A stretch of 20,000 bases of DNA from an uncultured virus (IMG/VR IMGVR_UViG_3300020414_001760) (taxonomy: Duplodnaviria; Heunggongvirae; Uroviricota; Caudoviricetes): IMG/VR virus record IMGVR_UViG_3300020414_001760. One strand, 5' to 3'. The notes under the pieces are model-generated. The model worked only from the letters and a program-made list of their open reading frames with translations. It had not been told where the DNA came from and did no database searches. Shown here piece by piece: positions 1-9,344 of this stretch (position 1 is its first letter; each line of letters begins with the position of its first letter). Both the position numbers and the translations under genes were made by a program.

Positions 1-1638
1 AGTATCTCTCCAGTTAATACCTTCGTTAAGTTTTTCCCAGTAAGTTGTGTTTGGTGGTCTGTTACCTGTTGTATCTGCAATAGCAAGATATGTGTAACCT
101 CCAACTCTTACAACATCACCTGTTCTGTATGCTGTGTTGAAAGATAACGCAACATCGTTACTTAAACTTTGTGCTGAACTTAATACTAAATTATTTTGAT
201 CTGTAACTGTTGTTACTGTAACTGTTCCTGAAATACCTGTTCCAGTTACAACCATGCCTTGAACAATAGTTCCAACATTGCCATCAACTACTAATGCAGT
301 TGTGCTTGAAGTTGCACCATTAACTGCCGCTGTTGCAGTTGCATAGTCACCTTTTAAACTAAATCCTGTTGTAAATAAATCCCAAGTTGCCGCGTTACCA
401 TATGGAACAACGTTACTGTGATTTGTTTTTGCAATATAAGAATAACCACCATATGTTACAAAGTCACCTGCTTGGTAAGTTGTTGCACTTGACCAAGAGT
501 CTTCAAACTCTAATCCTGGAACAAATTGTGACCAGTTAGTTGTTTGTGTTATTGTTGCAACATTGAAAGTTAAAGAAGCACCTGTGCCTCCAATAAATCC
601 GTTTGTTACTGTAATTACATCTGACGCAGAGTGACCTGAACCACCGAACGTTACTTCAACAGTCGCCGCTCCAGTGTTGTCAATTGTAATATTAAATCTT
701 TGTCCTGTACCTGATCCACCACTTGAACCTTGTACGTCTTTGTAAGTTCCTGCTGTTCTTGTTGCATCTGCGGCACTGATTGAATCTACTGTAGCAATGA
801 CTCCAGTTACTGCATTGTCACTTGCTAAATCTGTTCCACCGGAAGTGTGATGTCTTGTTGCAATCCATAGACCGCCACCATACTTAACAACGTCATTAAC
901 TTTATATCTTGTTGCTGTTGCGTGTACTGATTTGTATTCAATACCTTTGTGTGCATAATCCCATTTCTTTTGGTCAGCTTCAAGACCTTCTGCGGCCGTT
1001 GCCGCTGATAAGTGACCTTCGTTACAAATGTAAAGTTGTCCACCGTAACGTACTGTGTCGTTAACTCTGTATTTTGTTGACGCTGTCCAATCTGTTTTCC
1101 AGTCAATACCTTTTGAAAATACGTCCCACTTGGATTGATCTGCTTCTAATCCATCTGCGTCTGCGGCAAAAGTTCCGCTTGAAGTATGTGCAGTTGTACA
1201 AAGGTAAACTGTTCCACCATACTTAACTAAATCATTTACTTTATATTGTGTAGCTATTGTCCAAACGTTTTTCCAATCAAAGCCTTCTGCAAATAAATCC
1301 CATTTAGCTTGATCAGTTTCTAGTTTACCAGCACTTCCGCCATCAGCTTCTGCTGTGTGAGCCGTGTTGGCAATGTATATATAACCACCATACTTAACAA
1401 TATCGTTCTGTTTGTAATAAGTTCCTGCTACCCAGTCACCTTGGAATGCTTGACCATCAGTGAATAAGTTCCATTTTGTAGCTTCGTCTGTTGTGAATAA
1501 TGCTTGTGATGTATGACCAACGGCACAGTAGTAGGTTCTACCGCCGTGTCTTACGATATCGTCTTTGTAATAGTTAGTAGAAGCCGCCCAAGCGCCTTTC
1601 CATACAAATCTAATTCTACCTAGTTTAAACTCAGCCAT
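1..1638 (-). CDS. Large virion structural/tail-fibre-like protein with tandem Trp/Tyr-rich carbohydrate-binding-like (ChtBD3/CBM5-12-like) repeats; 3' end beyond the window; not in the ORF track
   Basis: ATG at 1638 with an AAGGA SD and an upstream TAAATA. Manual translation MAEFKLGRIRFVWKGAWAASTNYYKDDIVRHGGRTYYCAVGHTS... stays open to position 1 (546 codons). Repeats of the form W-x5-Y-K-x-x-D-x-V-K-Y-G-G...HTS...KWD. The N-terminus is paralogous to that of 1672..6993. Confidence 0.9.
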   Translation of the reverse strand, partial: MAEFKLGRIRFVWKGAWAASTNYYKDDIVRHGGRTYYCAVGHTSQALFTTDEATKWNLFTDGQAFQGDWVAGTYYKQNDIVKYGGYIYIANTAHTAEADGGSAGKLETDQAKWDLFAEGFDWKNVWTIATQYKVNDLVKYGGTVYLCTTAHTSSGTFAADADGLEADQSKWDVFSKGIDWKTDWTASTKYRVNDTVRYGGQLYICNEGHLSAATAAEGLEADQKKWDYAHKGIEYKSVHATATRYKVNDVVKYGGGLWIATRHHTSGGTDLASDNAVTGVIATVDSISAADATRTAGTYKDVQGSSGGSGTGQRFNITIDNTGAATVEVTFGGSGHSASDVITVTNGFIGGTGASLTFNVATITQTTNWSQFVPGLEFEDSWSSATTYQAGDFVTYGGYSYIAKTNHSNVVPYGNAATWDLFTTGFSLKGDYATATAAVNGATSSTTALVVDGNVGTIVQGMVVTGTGISGTVTVTTVTDQNNLVLSSAQSLSNDVALSFNTAYRTGDVVRVGGYTYLAIADTTGNRPPNTTYWEKLNEGINWRDT

Positions 1639-1662
1639 TGTGTTTTAAATCCTTATTACTGT

Positions 1663-1668
1663 TATTTA
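1663..1668 (-). promoter_or_regulatory. T4-type late promoter core (GATAAATA)
   Basis: TAAATA in the short intergenic gap upstream of the 1..1638 CDS; the same motif recurs before other genes. Confidence 0.65.
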
Positions 1669-1671
1669 TCA

Positions 1672-4600
1672 TTACTGCGTTCCTCCGTATCCGTTGCCGC
1701 CATCGTTATAGTATCCATCTGACCCTTCAAAGTCATCTGCAAATTCCATTAACATGGCATTATCCGCATTCATGTTATTAAATGCTGTTGCAACCATAGT
1801 TCCTCCTGGAATATGTGAACTGTTTACAGCTACTGGAATATTAATTGGTAAATCACCAGTGTTTGATAAGTGGTTAATTTGGCTAAACTTACAAGTTCCT
1901 GCCGTTAGTGCGTTAGCTGAAACGTTTGCTCCACCACCGCTTATTCTTGATTGAATGTATGCCGCAATAGCTTTCTGTGTTGGAACAATGCTGTTACTGT
2001 TAGCAACGAAAGTTTGTTCCTTTGAGAACTCTTTAATAACTGCGTTTGTACCACCAAGTATAAATGCACCTAATCTTAATTCATCTAATCCTGATAAATC
2101 AAACTGTGAAGCATTAATTGTAACAATACCTGTTGACTGTTCAACTTTAAATAGTTCACCAACTCTAAAGTTACCATCTTGGTCTGTACTTGCATAGAAC
2201 ACTCTACCACCATTGTACTCTTGTGTTTCCCAAGGTTGCTCTGGTGGATTAACTGATCCATATCCTTCTGTGTAAAGTTGTGGATAGTTAGTTGTTATTG
2301 TATTACCTGTACCAACATCTAGGAAGTCATGTCCTGTTAATCTAACCTGACTGTAATTTTGTCTAATAGTTATTGCTTCGTTATGTTCAGGAGATTCTTG
2401 AATACCCATTGTTGGAGCAATACTTAATTTTGCTCTAATGTTCGGAGCACTACCTGATATAATTGTTGCTGTTCCAATCTTATAAATGATATCTGTGATA
2501 CTTGGGAACCTTAAGTTATCACCTGGACTTGGTAATAGTGTTAAGTTGTCAACAACTACTTCACCACCAGTTTGGTACTTGTCAATATATCCGTTACCTG
2601 TAATTGTTACAGCATTAAATTTAGTATATAATGCACCTCTGTTTTTAAATGCAGGTTGTCCTAATACTCTATCTCTAAGTCTAACTTGTTTTGTAGCTTC
2701 TAAAGTTTTTTGTGTACAAACAATTTCTACGTTTGGTGGATTATTTGAATCATATCCACTTCCTGTTTCGTGCATAACAAATTGTGTAATTCTACCTGTG
2801 TCAGTAGTTACCCTCATTTGAGCTCTTCTACCATACTTGATTGAATTAACAGTTGCAGTTGAACCTGTGTCGATTACTAAGAATCTAGGTCCATCACCAC
2901 CTGTCATTGGATTTACTTTAGCTCTGAATGTTCCTACTGGTGGAGTAATTTGTGTATGTGTTACCCAAACATCGCCTCCATCTGAACTTCTAATATTACC
3001 TGCGGTGTCTACTGCCATAAACAATCCATCACTGTAGTCTAAGCCCCATGCTAGTTCGTTTACGATACCAGAACTTGTAACTGCTCTCCATGTAGCATTG
3101 TTGATACCTTCTGAATAATTTGTAAAGCTAACAAAGAACGTACTTGGTAAACCAAATGTTGCTGTTGTTGCCGAACTTCCATCGCTAATCATTGTCGATG
3201 GGTTTGCTGGGTTGAATGGAAATGTTGCTGTGCCGTTAGGTTGACAAGCCGCTACAAATACACCGTTACCATATGCAAAGTCTGTTACATTATAAGTTGT
3301 AGGACAAACTCTAGTTGTTGATTGCCAGTTTTGTCCGTTATCAGTACTTTCATAAGTTGAACCATCTGCCTTAACAGCCATCCACTTACCATTACCGTAT
3401 CTAATATGTTTTAATCCTGTTCCCATACCTGAAGCTGTGTAAGTCCAAGTTGTTCCATTTGATGTACTTACTGCAAGTTCATCTGAATCATCTGCTATTG
3501 CAATTACTGTATGTGTTGTGTCACTGAAAGGACCTTCTGCTATGTCTACCCAGTTACGTTGTGTAATTGGATATGGTTGTGATCCCCAGGCTGTACCTGC
3601 TGTTGACAAGTTAGCTCTGTCGCCATTACCTAATGCAATAAAGTATTTTAAGTTACCTTTACATTTTACCATACAAGTTGGTCTTACAAATCCTGCATCA
3701 ACTGTTGCCGCTGTCCATTGGTCGCCTGGACCATTTGAATACAATGCAACATCTGTTCCACTACCTGGAAAAGCTACCATTGTAGTTCCAACACCACCTG
3801 CAACTGGTTGCCAAACATTTGTATTGTTTGTGTTATTTGCCTGTGCCACATAAGCTGGATCATCAACTATAACTCTTGGCTCAATTCTATAAGTTGTTGA
3901 ACCATCTAAACTTGTTTCAATTGGCCAACCTGGAACAACATGGTCCCAACCACGTTTTCCATCTGACGCTCTAATAACATTTAATCTTTTTGTTCCTGGG
4001 AAATATTCATCTATAATTGCATATTGTCCAACACCTTTACCTTCTTCAATAAAGATTTGCATTGATTTACTAATAGAAGCAACATCAAATGTTAATGGTG
4101 CTCCACCAAAGTTACCAATGTCTACGTCAGCAACTGTAATTGTGTCACCAACTCTAAAACTGTCTCCACCGTTAGTTACTGTAACTGTACAAGAACCACC
4201 AGCATCAACAACAATAGTAAATCTCATAAGTGTAACATTTGAGAAAGGATTGTTTGATGTGCCTGGAACGTTTGTATAAGTGTAAGGTGCATCTAAGGCA
4301 TTACCAACTCTACTTGCATCGGCTCCTGAAATATTATTTACTGTAAGTACACCTCTACCTACATATTTTGCCGCACTTGTTTCTGCATCTGAGTTTGCAA
4401 TAGTAATATCTAAGTTTGTTCCGCTTTGTGCAGAGTTTCTTACACCTGTTAAGTGTCCTCTACCACCTGGTAAACTTGAATCACCTGGATCAAGTAATCT
4501 TATTTCAGAAATACTTGCGTTACGTTGTTCAATAAAATCATTATCAACACTAACACCACTACCTGAACCTGTAATTGTGTAAGTTGCATCATCGTAGGCC

Positions 4601-6993
4601 TCACCTGCGTGTGTAAATCCTAAACCAAAAATTTGGTTTGCGTTGTTATAAACAACTGGTGCTTCTGCATCGTAGTATCTGTTATTCAATGTTGCAGTAA
4701 TAGGAGTTTCACTTGCAAATTCTCCTTCTGCAAATGATCCATATTTTCCATATGAGTTGTTACCGTTAGTAGCACGTATCTTACCACCTGCTGTACAATA
4801 GTAACCGATGTGTGCAAAATATGTAAACACAGATACAAGCTCTGCCTTACCATCTGCATTACACCACATACCAATACCATCACTTATAACCTGTGTAAAG
4901 TCGTTAGCAACAATAGATTTGTTACCACCATTGTGTAACGCACCATCAATTTTCATTCCGATACAAGCTGTACCTATTGTAGTACAGTTTTGTACGTATG
5001 TTGATTTGTTTGTTACCCAAACACTAGTATCTGCCGGACCTGCCCCTGGATCAAGTGCCACGTAAGCACCTGTGTTAGGAACCTGTGCACCATAGTTGTC
5101 TACACTTCCAAGTACACCACTCATGCCTTGCATGGTTAAGTTTCTAATACCACAACCGTTTCTAACTCTAAACATATCGTTAGTTTCGTAACCTACTTGA
5201 GGTTTAACAGTTGTACTTCTTAATTCATCTCCAACAATAGCAACGCCTGCCGGTACACTGATAGGTGTAATTTCTTCGTAAAGTCCTGTGCTTACAAAAA
5301 TTGTAGCAGGAGCTCTGTTGGCTTCGTCTTGTAAAATATATTGTGTTGCATATTTGATACTTGCAAATGGAGCCGATATAGTTAAACCAAATCCTGTGTC
5401 GTCTTTACCGTTAGTTGCAACATAGTAAACCTTGTTTACTTCTCCAAGTCTTTCCCAAGTACCTGTTCCGCTAACAACTTTTAATGCTTGTCCTGGACTT
5501 CCAATAGCTAATCTATCATGTGCTGATCCAGTGTGTGTTCTTAGATCACCTCTGTATTGCATTACGTTATTTGGATTACCATCTATCAATGTTATCCAGT
5601 AACTATTTGTTGTATCTTGATCTGGAGTAACAAGTGTTGAATCATCACCTGCGTGTGCTTGTATACATTTGTAAGCAGTTGATTTGTGTACAACAATATC
5701 TCCAAGCACGTATGCCTGTGCCGCAAACCATTCGCCTCTGTAATAAGTTCCTGTAATAAGAAGTTGCCAGTACATACTAACTGCACCTTCTGTAGATCTA
5801 GTTGAACCTGGATCGTAATAACCTCTTGACTCTGGATCTAATGCATCTGGTTGTTGGTTAGTGCTATCTTGTACAGCAATATATACGAAACCTCTGTTTC
5901 TTACAACGTCACCTGTTTTATAAGTTGTTCCTGAATCCCACTCACCTTTCATTTGGTAACCGGTTATCATTAGCTCCCAGTCATATAAACCTTGTAAACT
6001 TTCGCCTTCGTAGAATACACCAGTAACACTTGGAGGACTTCCTGTGTTATTAGTCATAGATACATAAGTGTATCCTCCGTATATTACAATGTCTCCTGGT
6101 TGGTAAACTGCCGCATTATTCCAAACAGCTTCATAACCTAATCCAGGCATCCATATATCAAATTTTGCTTCGTCGAAACTTGCTAATGAACTGTGATATG
6201 TTTTACATTTCCATAATGTAGGACCATACTTAACAATATCACCTATCTTATATCTAATACCAGATGAATCTAAATTACTTTGCCACTCACCTTTGTAAAC
6301 AATACCTTCCCAAATGACATCCCACTTGGCTACGTCTTGTTCTAATCCTAATATAGTTGTTGCGGCAGATGTGTGTCCTGTGTTACATCTGTACATAAGT
6401 CCACCGTAACGTACAATATCATCTTTCTTGTATCTTGTAGATACTGACCAGTCTAATTTCCAATCATCACTTCTTGAAACTATATCCCACTTGTCGCTGT
6501 CTTGCTCTAGTCCTGCAACTGCTGTTGAAGAAGTGTGCTGTGCTAAACATTGATATAAAAATCCACCATACTTAACAACGTCATCTATTTTGTAAAGTGT
6601 TAAAGGTGTCCAGTCAATTCTCCAGTTAGGTGTTTTAGCATAACTTTGTAATTTTCCTAGGTCGTTGCTAATACCGTTAGCTTGTAATTGATCTGAAACG
6701 TGTTCTTCTAAAACTCTATATATTACACCATTGTATTTGAATAAGTCATTAACTTTAAATCTTGTGTTTACATTCCAGTCGCCTCTCCAAGCATAACCTT
6801 CTGCATTTTTTAACCACTTACCTGGACTTGCATTTAAATCTGTAGAAAAACTTGTTTGATCGGAAACGTGTCCAACCATACAAATATAAACATTACCACC
6901 TTCACGTACAATGTCATCTTTGATATATGTTGCACCTGGCAACCAAACATTTTTCCAGTTATATCTTATTCGTGCTAGATTAAATTGTGCCAT
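1672..6993 (-). CDS. 1773-aa multidomain virion protein (putative tail fibre/adhesin): CBM-like repeats, beta-helix-like region, Asp-box/BNR beta-propeller
   Basis: The first ~470 aa are W..Y..GD.V.YGG repeats. YYVATNGKD...PFASIKYA...IFVSTGLYEE...VAIVGDELRST resembles a pectin-lyase-like beta-helix cap. Asp-box-like motifs STSNGTTW, STDNGQNW and SSDGGDVW follow. Confidence 0.8.
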   Translation of the reverse strand: MAQFNLARIRYNWKNVWLPGATYIKDDIVREGGNVYICMVGHVSDQTSFSTDLNASPGKWLKNAEGYAWRGDWNVNTRFKVNDLFKYNGVIYRVLEEHVSDQLQANGISNDLGKLQSYAKTPNWRIDWTPLTLYKIDDVVKYGGFLYQCLAQHTSSTAVAGLEQDSDKWDIVSRSDDWKLDWSVSTRYKKDDIVRYGGLMYRCNTGHTSAATTILGLEQDVAKWDVIWEGIVYKGEWQSNLDSSGIRYKIGDIVKYGPTLWKCKTYHSSLASFDEAKFDIWMPGLGYEAVWNNAAVYQPGDIVIYGGYTYVSMTNNTGSPPSVTGVFYEGESLQGLYDWELMITGYQMKGEWDSGTTYKTGDVVRNRGFVYIAVQDSTNQQPDALDPESRGYYDPGSTRSTEGAVSMYWQLLITGTYYRGEWFAAQAYVLGDIVVHKSTAYKCIQAHAGDDSTLVTPDQDTTNSYWITLIDGNPNNVMQYRGDLRTHTGSAHDRLAIGSPGQALKVVSGTGTWERLGEVNKVYYVATNGKDDTGFGLTISAPFASIKYATQYILQDEANRAPATIFVSTGLYEEITPISVPAGVAIVGDELRSTTVKPQVGYETNDMFRVRNGCGIRNLTMQGMSGVLGSVDNYGAQVPNTGAYVALDPGAGPADTSVWVTNKSTYVQNCTTIGTACIGMKIDGALHNGGNKSIVANDFTQVISDGIGMWCNADGKAELVSVFTYFAHIGYYCTAGGKIRATNGNNSYGKYGSFAEGEFASETPITATLNNRYYDAEAPVVYNNANQIFGLGFTHAGEAYDDATYTITGSGSGVSVDNDFIEQRNASISEIRLLDPGDSSLPGGRGHLTGVRNSAQSGTNLDITIANSDAETSAAKYVGRGVLTVNNISGADASRVGNALDAPYTYTNVPGTSNNPFSNVTLMRFTIVVDAGGSCTVTVTNGGDSFRVGDTITVADVDIGNFGGAPLTFDVASISKSMQIFIEEGKGVGQYAIIDEYFPGTKRLNVIRASDGKRGWDHVVPGWPIETSLDGSTTYRIEPRVIVDDPAYVAQANNTNNTNVWQPVAGGVGTTMVAFPGSGTDVALYSNGPGDQWTAATVDAGFVRPTCMVKCKGNLKYFIALGNGDRANLSTAGTAWGSQPYPITQRNWVDIAEGPFSDTTHTVIAIADDSDELAVSTSNGTTWTYTASGMGTGLKHIRYGNGKWMAVKADGSTYESTDNGQNWQSTTRVCPTTYNVTDFAYGNGVFVAACQPNGTATFPFNPANPSTMISDGSSATTATFGLPSTFFVSFTNYSEGINNATWRAVTSSGIVNELAWGLDYSDGLFMAVDTAGNIRSSDGGDVWVTHTQITPPVGTFRAKVNPMTGGDGPRFLVIDTGSTATVNSIKYGRRAQMRVTTDTGRITQFVMHETGSGYDSNNPPNVEIVCTQKTLEATKQVRLRDRVLGQPAFKNRGALYTKFNAVTITGNGYIDKYQTGGEVVVDNLTLLPSPGDNLRFPSITDIIYKIGTATIISGSAPNIRAKLSIAPTMGIQESPEHNEAITIRQNYSQVRLTGHDFLDVGTGNTITTNYPQLYTEGYGSVNPPEQPWETQEYNGGRVFYASTDQDGNFRVGELFKVEQSTGIVTINASQFDLSGLDELRLGAFILGGTNAVIKEFSKEQTFVANSNSIVPTQKAIAAYIQSRISGGGANVSANALTAGTCKFSQINHLSNTGDLPINIPVAVNSSHIPGGTMVATAFNNMNADNAMLMEFADDFEGSDGYYNDGGNGYGGTQ

Positions 6994-7394
6994 TACCCGT
7001 TATACCCTGTTGCATTTTGTCCAAATACTAAATGGTCACTTGATATACCATTGTCATATTCATATTTTGTATTAATTCTTAAAACAACTTCACCTTCTGC
7101 ATTTACATAATAGTAAATGTTTTTATCGTCCCAACGCATTTGTTCGTAAAGTAAGTTATCGTATACAAGTACGTGGTTTGGATTTCTACCTTCAAAGAAA
7201 TCTTCACCTGCTTGGAACTCAGTGTAGTTACCATCAGTACCACCTGGTCTGTTAATTTGTGCTTCGTCTGTTGGAGATGCAATATCTACTTTTTGAATAA
7301 ACAGTTGTCCATCATCATCTCTACGTAATGCGTAAAAATAACGTTCGCCTGTATCGCCTGCCAGTGGCGCCGCTCCTACATAGTTAAAACTCAT
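6993..7394 (-). CDS. Hypothetical phage protein (133 aa), probably virion-associated
   Basis: Intact ORF with TAATG stop/start overlaps with both neighbours, suggesting translational coupling. Confidence 0.8.
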   Translation of the reverse strand: MSFNYVGAAPLAGDTGERYFYALRRDDDGQLFIQKVDIASPTDEAQINRPGGTDGNYTEFQAGEDFFEGRNPNHVLVYDNLLYEQMRWDDKNIYYYVNAEGEVVLRINTKYEYDNGISSDHLVFGQNATGYNG

Positions 7395-7723
7395 TATACA
7401 ATCTCCACATAACTTAAGATTACATCAACAGCATCATTTTGATCAGCTGTAACATAAACTATATTTGCCGATGGTAAAACTAATTTCTCACCACCGTTGA
7501 TCGCACGTAAACTGGCATTCGGAGCAATCATAACATCTTTAACATAATATCCAGTAACTGATGTATCGTCTTTTATTGTAATACTAACTCTTGTATTACC
7601 ATCTAATAAATTTGCTACAGATAACCCAATAGCAGTTACCTTAGAACCTGCAGGTACCTCAAGTATTTCTACTGGTACTTGTCCTACGTTTTTAACTACT
7701 TTATTTTTAAAAAATGTTGCCAT
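7394..7723 (-). CDS. Small beta-rich virion protein (109 aa), paralog of 11559..11891
   Basis: Shares the pattern VPA....A......N...VK.V.....KLVL/KVIL...SY.EI/V with 11559..11891. Confidence 0.8.
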   Translation of the reverse strand: MATFFKNKVVKNVGQVPVEILEVPAGSKVTAIGLSVANLLDGNTRVSITIKDDTSVTGYYVKDVMIAPNASLRAINGGEKLVLPSANIVYVTADQNDAVDVILSYVEIV

Positions 7724-7726
7724 TGC

Positions 7727-9202
7727 TTATCCTAAACTCAATACTAATTCTAGTGCGATGTTTTGTGCGTCTGTTTGAGAAACTGCTCCAGAACTACCTG
7801 CAACTGTGTCCCATACTGTTCCATCGAATATTTCTAATCTTCCATCTGTAGTATTCCAACGTGTCATTCCTAAAACAGGACTTGCGTGACGTTGTGAACC
7901 TGTACCAGCTGGAACAATAAATGCGTCTGTACCTTCAATTTTAAAGTATCCAGTACCTGGATCTAACACACTAATAGCACCGCTACTAGTGTTATTTATA
8001 GTACTTCCGCTGATATTAAAATTGTCTATTTGTACACCACCTGTTCCATTTGGCGTTAAATTAAGGTCTGTATTAGCAGTAGTTGTACTAATTGTGTTTC
8101 CGTCAATCTGTATGCTATCTACGTTTAATTTAGATACATTAAATTCTGTTTCTGTAATACTAGCGATTTGATTACCATTTGAGTAAAATCTAATAGTATT
8201 GTCATTTGCACCAGGTGTTAATTCTGCTGTAATATATGTGTCAGCATCTAAGTCATACACACCTGTTAATACAATCCAGTTACCGTCATAACCTTCAAAC
8301 TTTGATGTAGTGGTATTGTAACGTATCATACCTACTGCTGGTACACTTGGTCTTTGAGCTGTTGTACCTGCTGGTATTCTAACCGATCCTGTTGCATTGA
8401 CGTTAACAATACCACTACCAGGATTAAACACCATGTCCGAGGTCGCGGTCTCTATCCTATTGGCTTTTAATAAAAAGTCGTCTACAATAATATATCCTGA
8501 CCCGTTTGTTCTTAATTCTAAGTCAGCATTTGAAACTGTGTTTTGTATTACGTTTGTATCTATTTGTAAATCATCAATGTAGGCCGCTGATGCGTGTATG
8601 CTGTTCCATTTTTTAGTTGGTGTACCTAAATTATATGTTGCACTTGCATCAGGTTTTAGATCTGAAGTAATACCTGCTGTGATACTGATTGTATCTGTTG
8701 CTTCGTCACCTATTTGTACATTACCTGAAATAGTAATGTCACCGTCAGCAACTAAATTTCCTGTTATATCTATGTTACCTGTAACTGCTAAATCGCTTTG
8801 TATGTCTACTTTACCTGAACCATGTGGTATAATATCAATGTCTGCGTTTGAAACTGTGCTTGAAATGACGTTTGTGTCAAATCGTAAATCGTCTACTTCA
8901 AATGTTTTTAATGCTACAACTTTGTCTGATCCAACAGTTGATAAGTTTAAATCACCTGATACTGAATCAATAGTGTTTCCGCTTATACGTACATCGCCTA
9001 CGTATGCAGTTCCTGTTGTAATTAAATCTGTTGATCTTGTTGTTCCGTTGACGTCTAAATCGTATTGAGGAGTTGCAGTCTTAACACCGATTCTACTGTT
9101 ATTAACATCCAGATAAAGTAAATCCGTTTGAAAGGCCAAATCCACGCCATTACGCAGAAGGTTGGACTTCAAAAGCGGACCTGATATACGACCTACAGCC
9201 AC
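7727..9202 (-). CDS. Tail-fibre-like structural protein (491 aa, GTG start), paralog of 9345..10808
   Basis: GTG at 9202 with an AGGAGA SD. About 27-aa repeats (I.GNTIST..N.DL.L...G.G.V.I) and two PAGT..QR....G..R(Y/W)NTT...E motifs. Confidence 0.8.
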   Translation of the reverse strand: MAVGRISGPLLKSNLLRNGVDLAFQTDLLYLDVNNSRIGVKTATPQYDLDVNGTTRSTDLITTGTAYVGDVRISGNTIDSVSGDLNLSTVGSDKVVALKTFEVDDLRFDTNVISSTVSNADIDIIPHGSGKVDIQSDLAVTGNIDITGNLVADGDITISGNVQIGDEATDTISITAGITSDLKPDASATYNLGTPTKKWNSIHASAAYIDDLQIDTNVIQNTVSNADLELRTNGSGYIIVDDFLLKANRIETATSDMVFNPGSGIVNVNATGSVRIPAGTTAQRPSVPAVGMIRYNTTTSKFEGYDGNWIVLTGVYDLDADTYITAELTPGANDNTIRFYSNGNQIASITETEFNVSKLNVDSIQIDGNTISTTTANTDLNLTPNGTGGVQIDNFNISGSTINNTSSGAISVLDPGTGYFKIEGTDAFIVPAGTGSQRHASPVLGMTRWNTTDGRLEIFDGTVWDTVAGSSGAVSQTDAQNIALELVLSLG

Positions 9203-9320
9203 TTGTTTCTCCTAATACGGGGATCCTGTCCCTCTAACCTGATTGCATTGCCGGTTAACCACAGTTTGTTATATAAAACGTCTTTGGGTATCTCTCCCTC
9301 AGATGGTCATGTCTTATATT
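9203..9320 (-). ncRNA. Putative structured 5' leader (cis-regulatory RNA candidate)
   Basis: 118-nt UTR from the predicted +1. Stem ATATAAGAC/GTTTTATAT encloses TCT..GGG/CCC..AGA; further hairpins TAACC/GGTTA and GGGA/TCCC; possible pseudoknot TGACCA/TGGTTA. Confidence 0.5.
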
Positions 9321-9325
9321 ACAAG

Positions 9326-9331
9326 TATTTA
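9326..9331 (-). promoter_or_regulatory. T4-type late promoter core
   Basis: GATAAATACTTGT, a 13-mer identical to the promoter at 13451..13463. Confidence 0.75.
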
Positions 9332-9344
9332 TCGTTTTTGGATA

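Noticed and set aside
825..1106. 93-aa minus-strand ORF from the track
   Set aside because: Out-of-frame shadow inside the real 1..1638 CDS.
1..6993. Recurrent 'ccaccatacttaac' words as a possible CRISPR or DGR repeat
   Set aside because: They encode the VKYGG motif of protein repeats; there is no spacer structure, no adenine-specific variant pair and no reverse transcriptase in the window.
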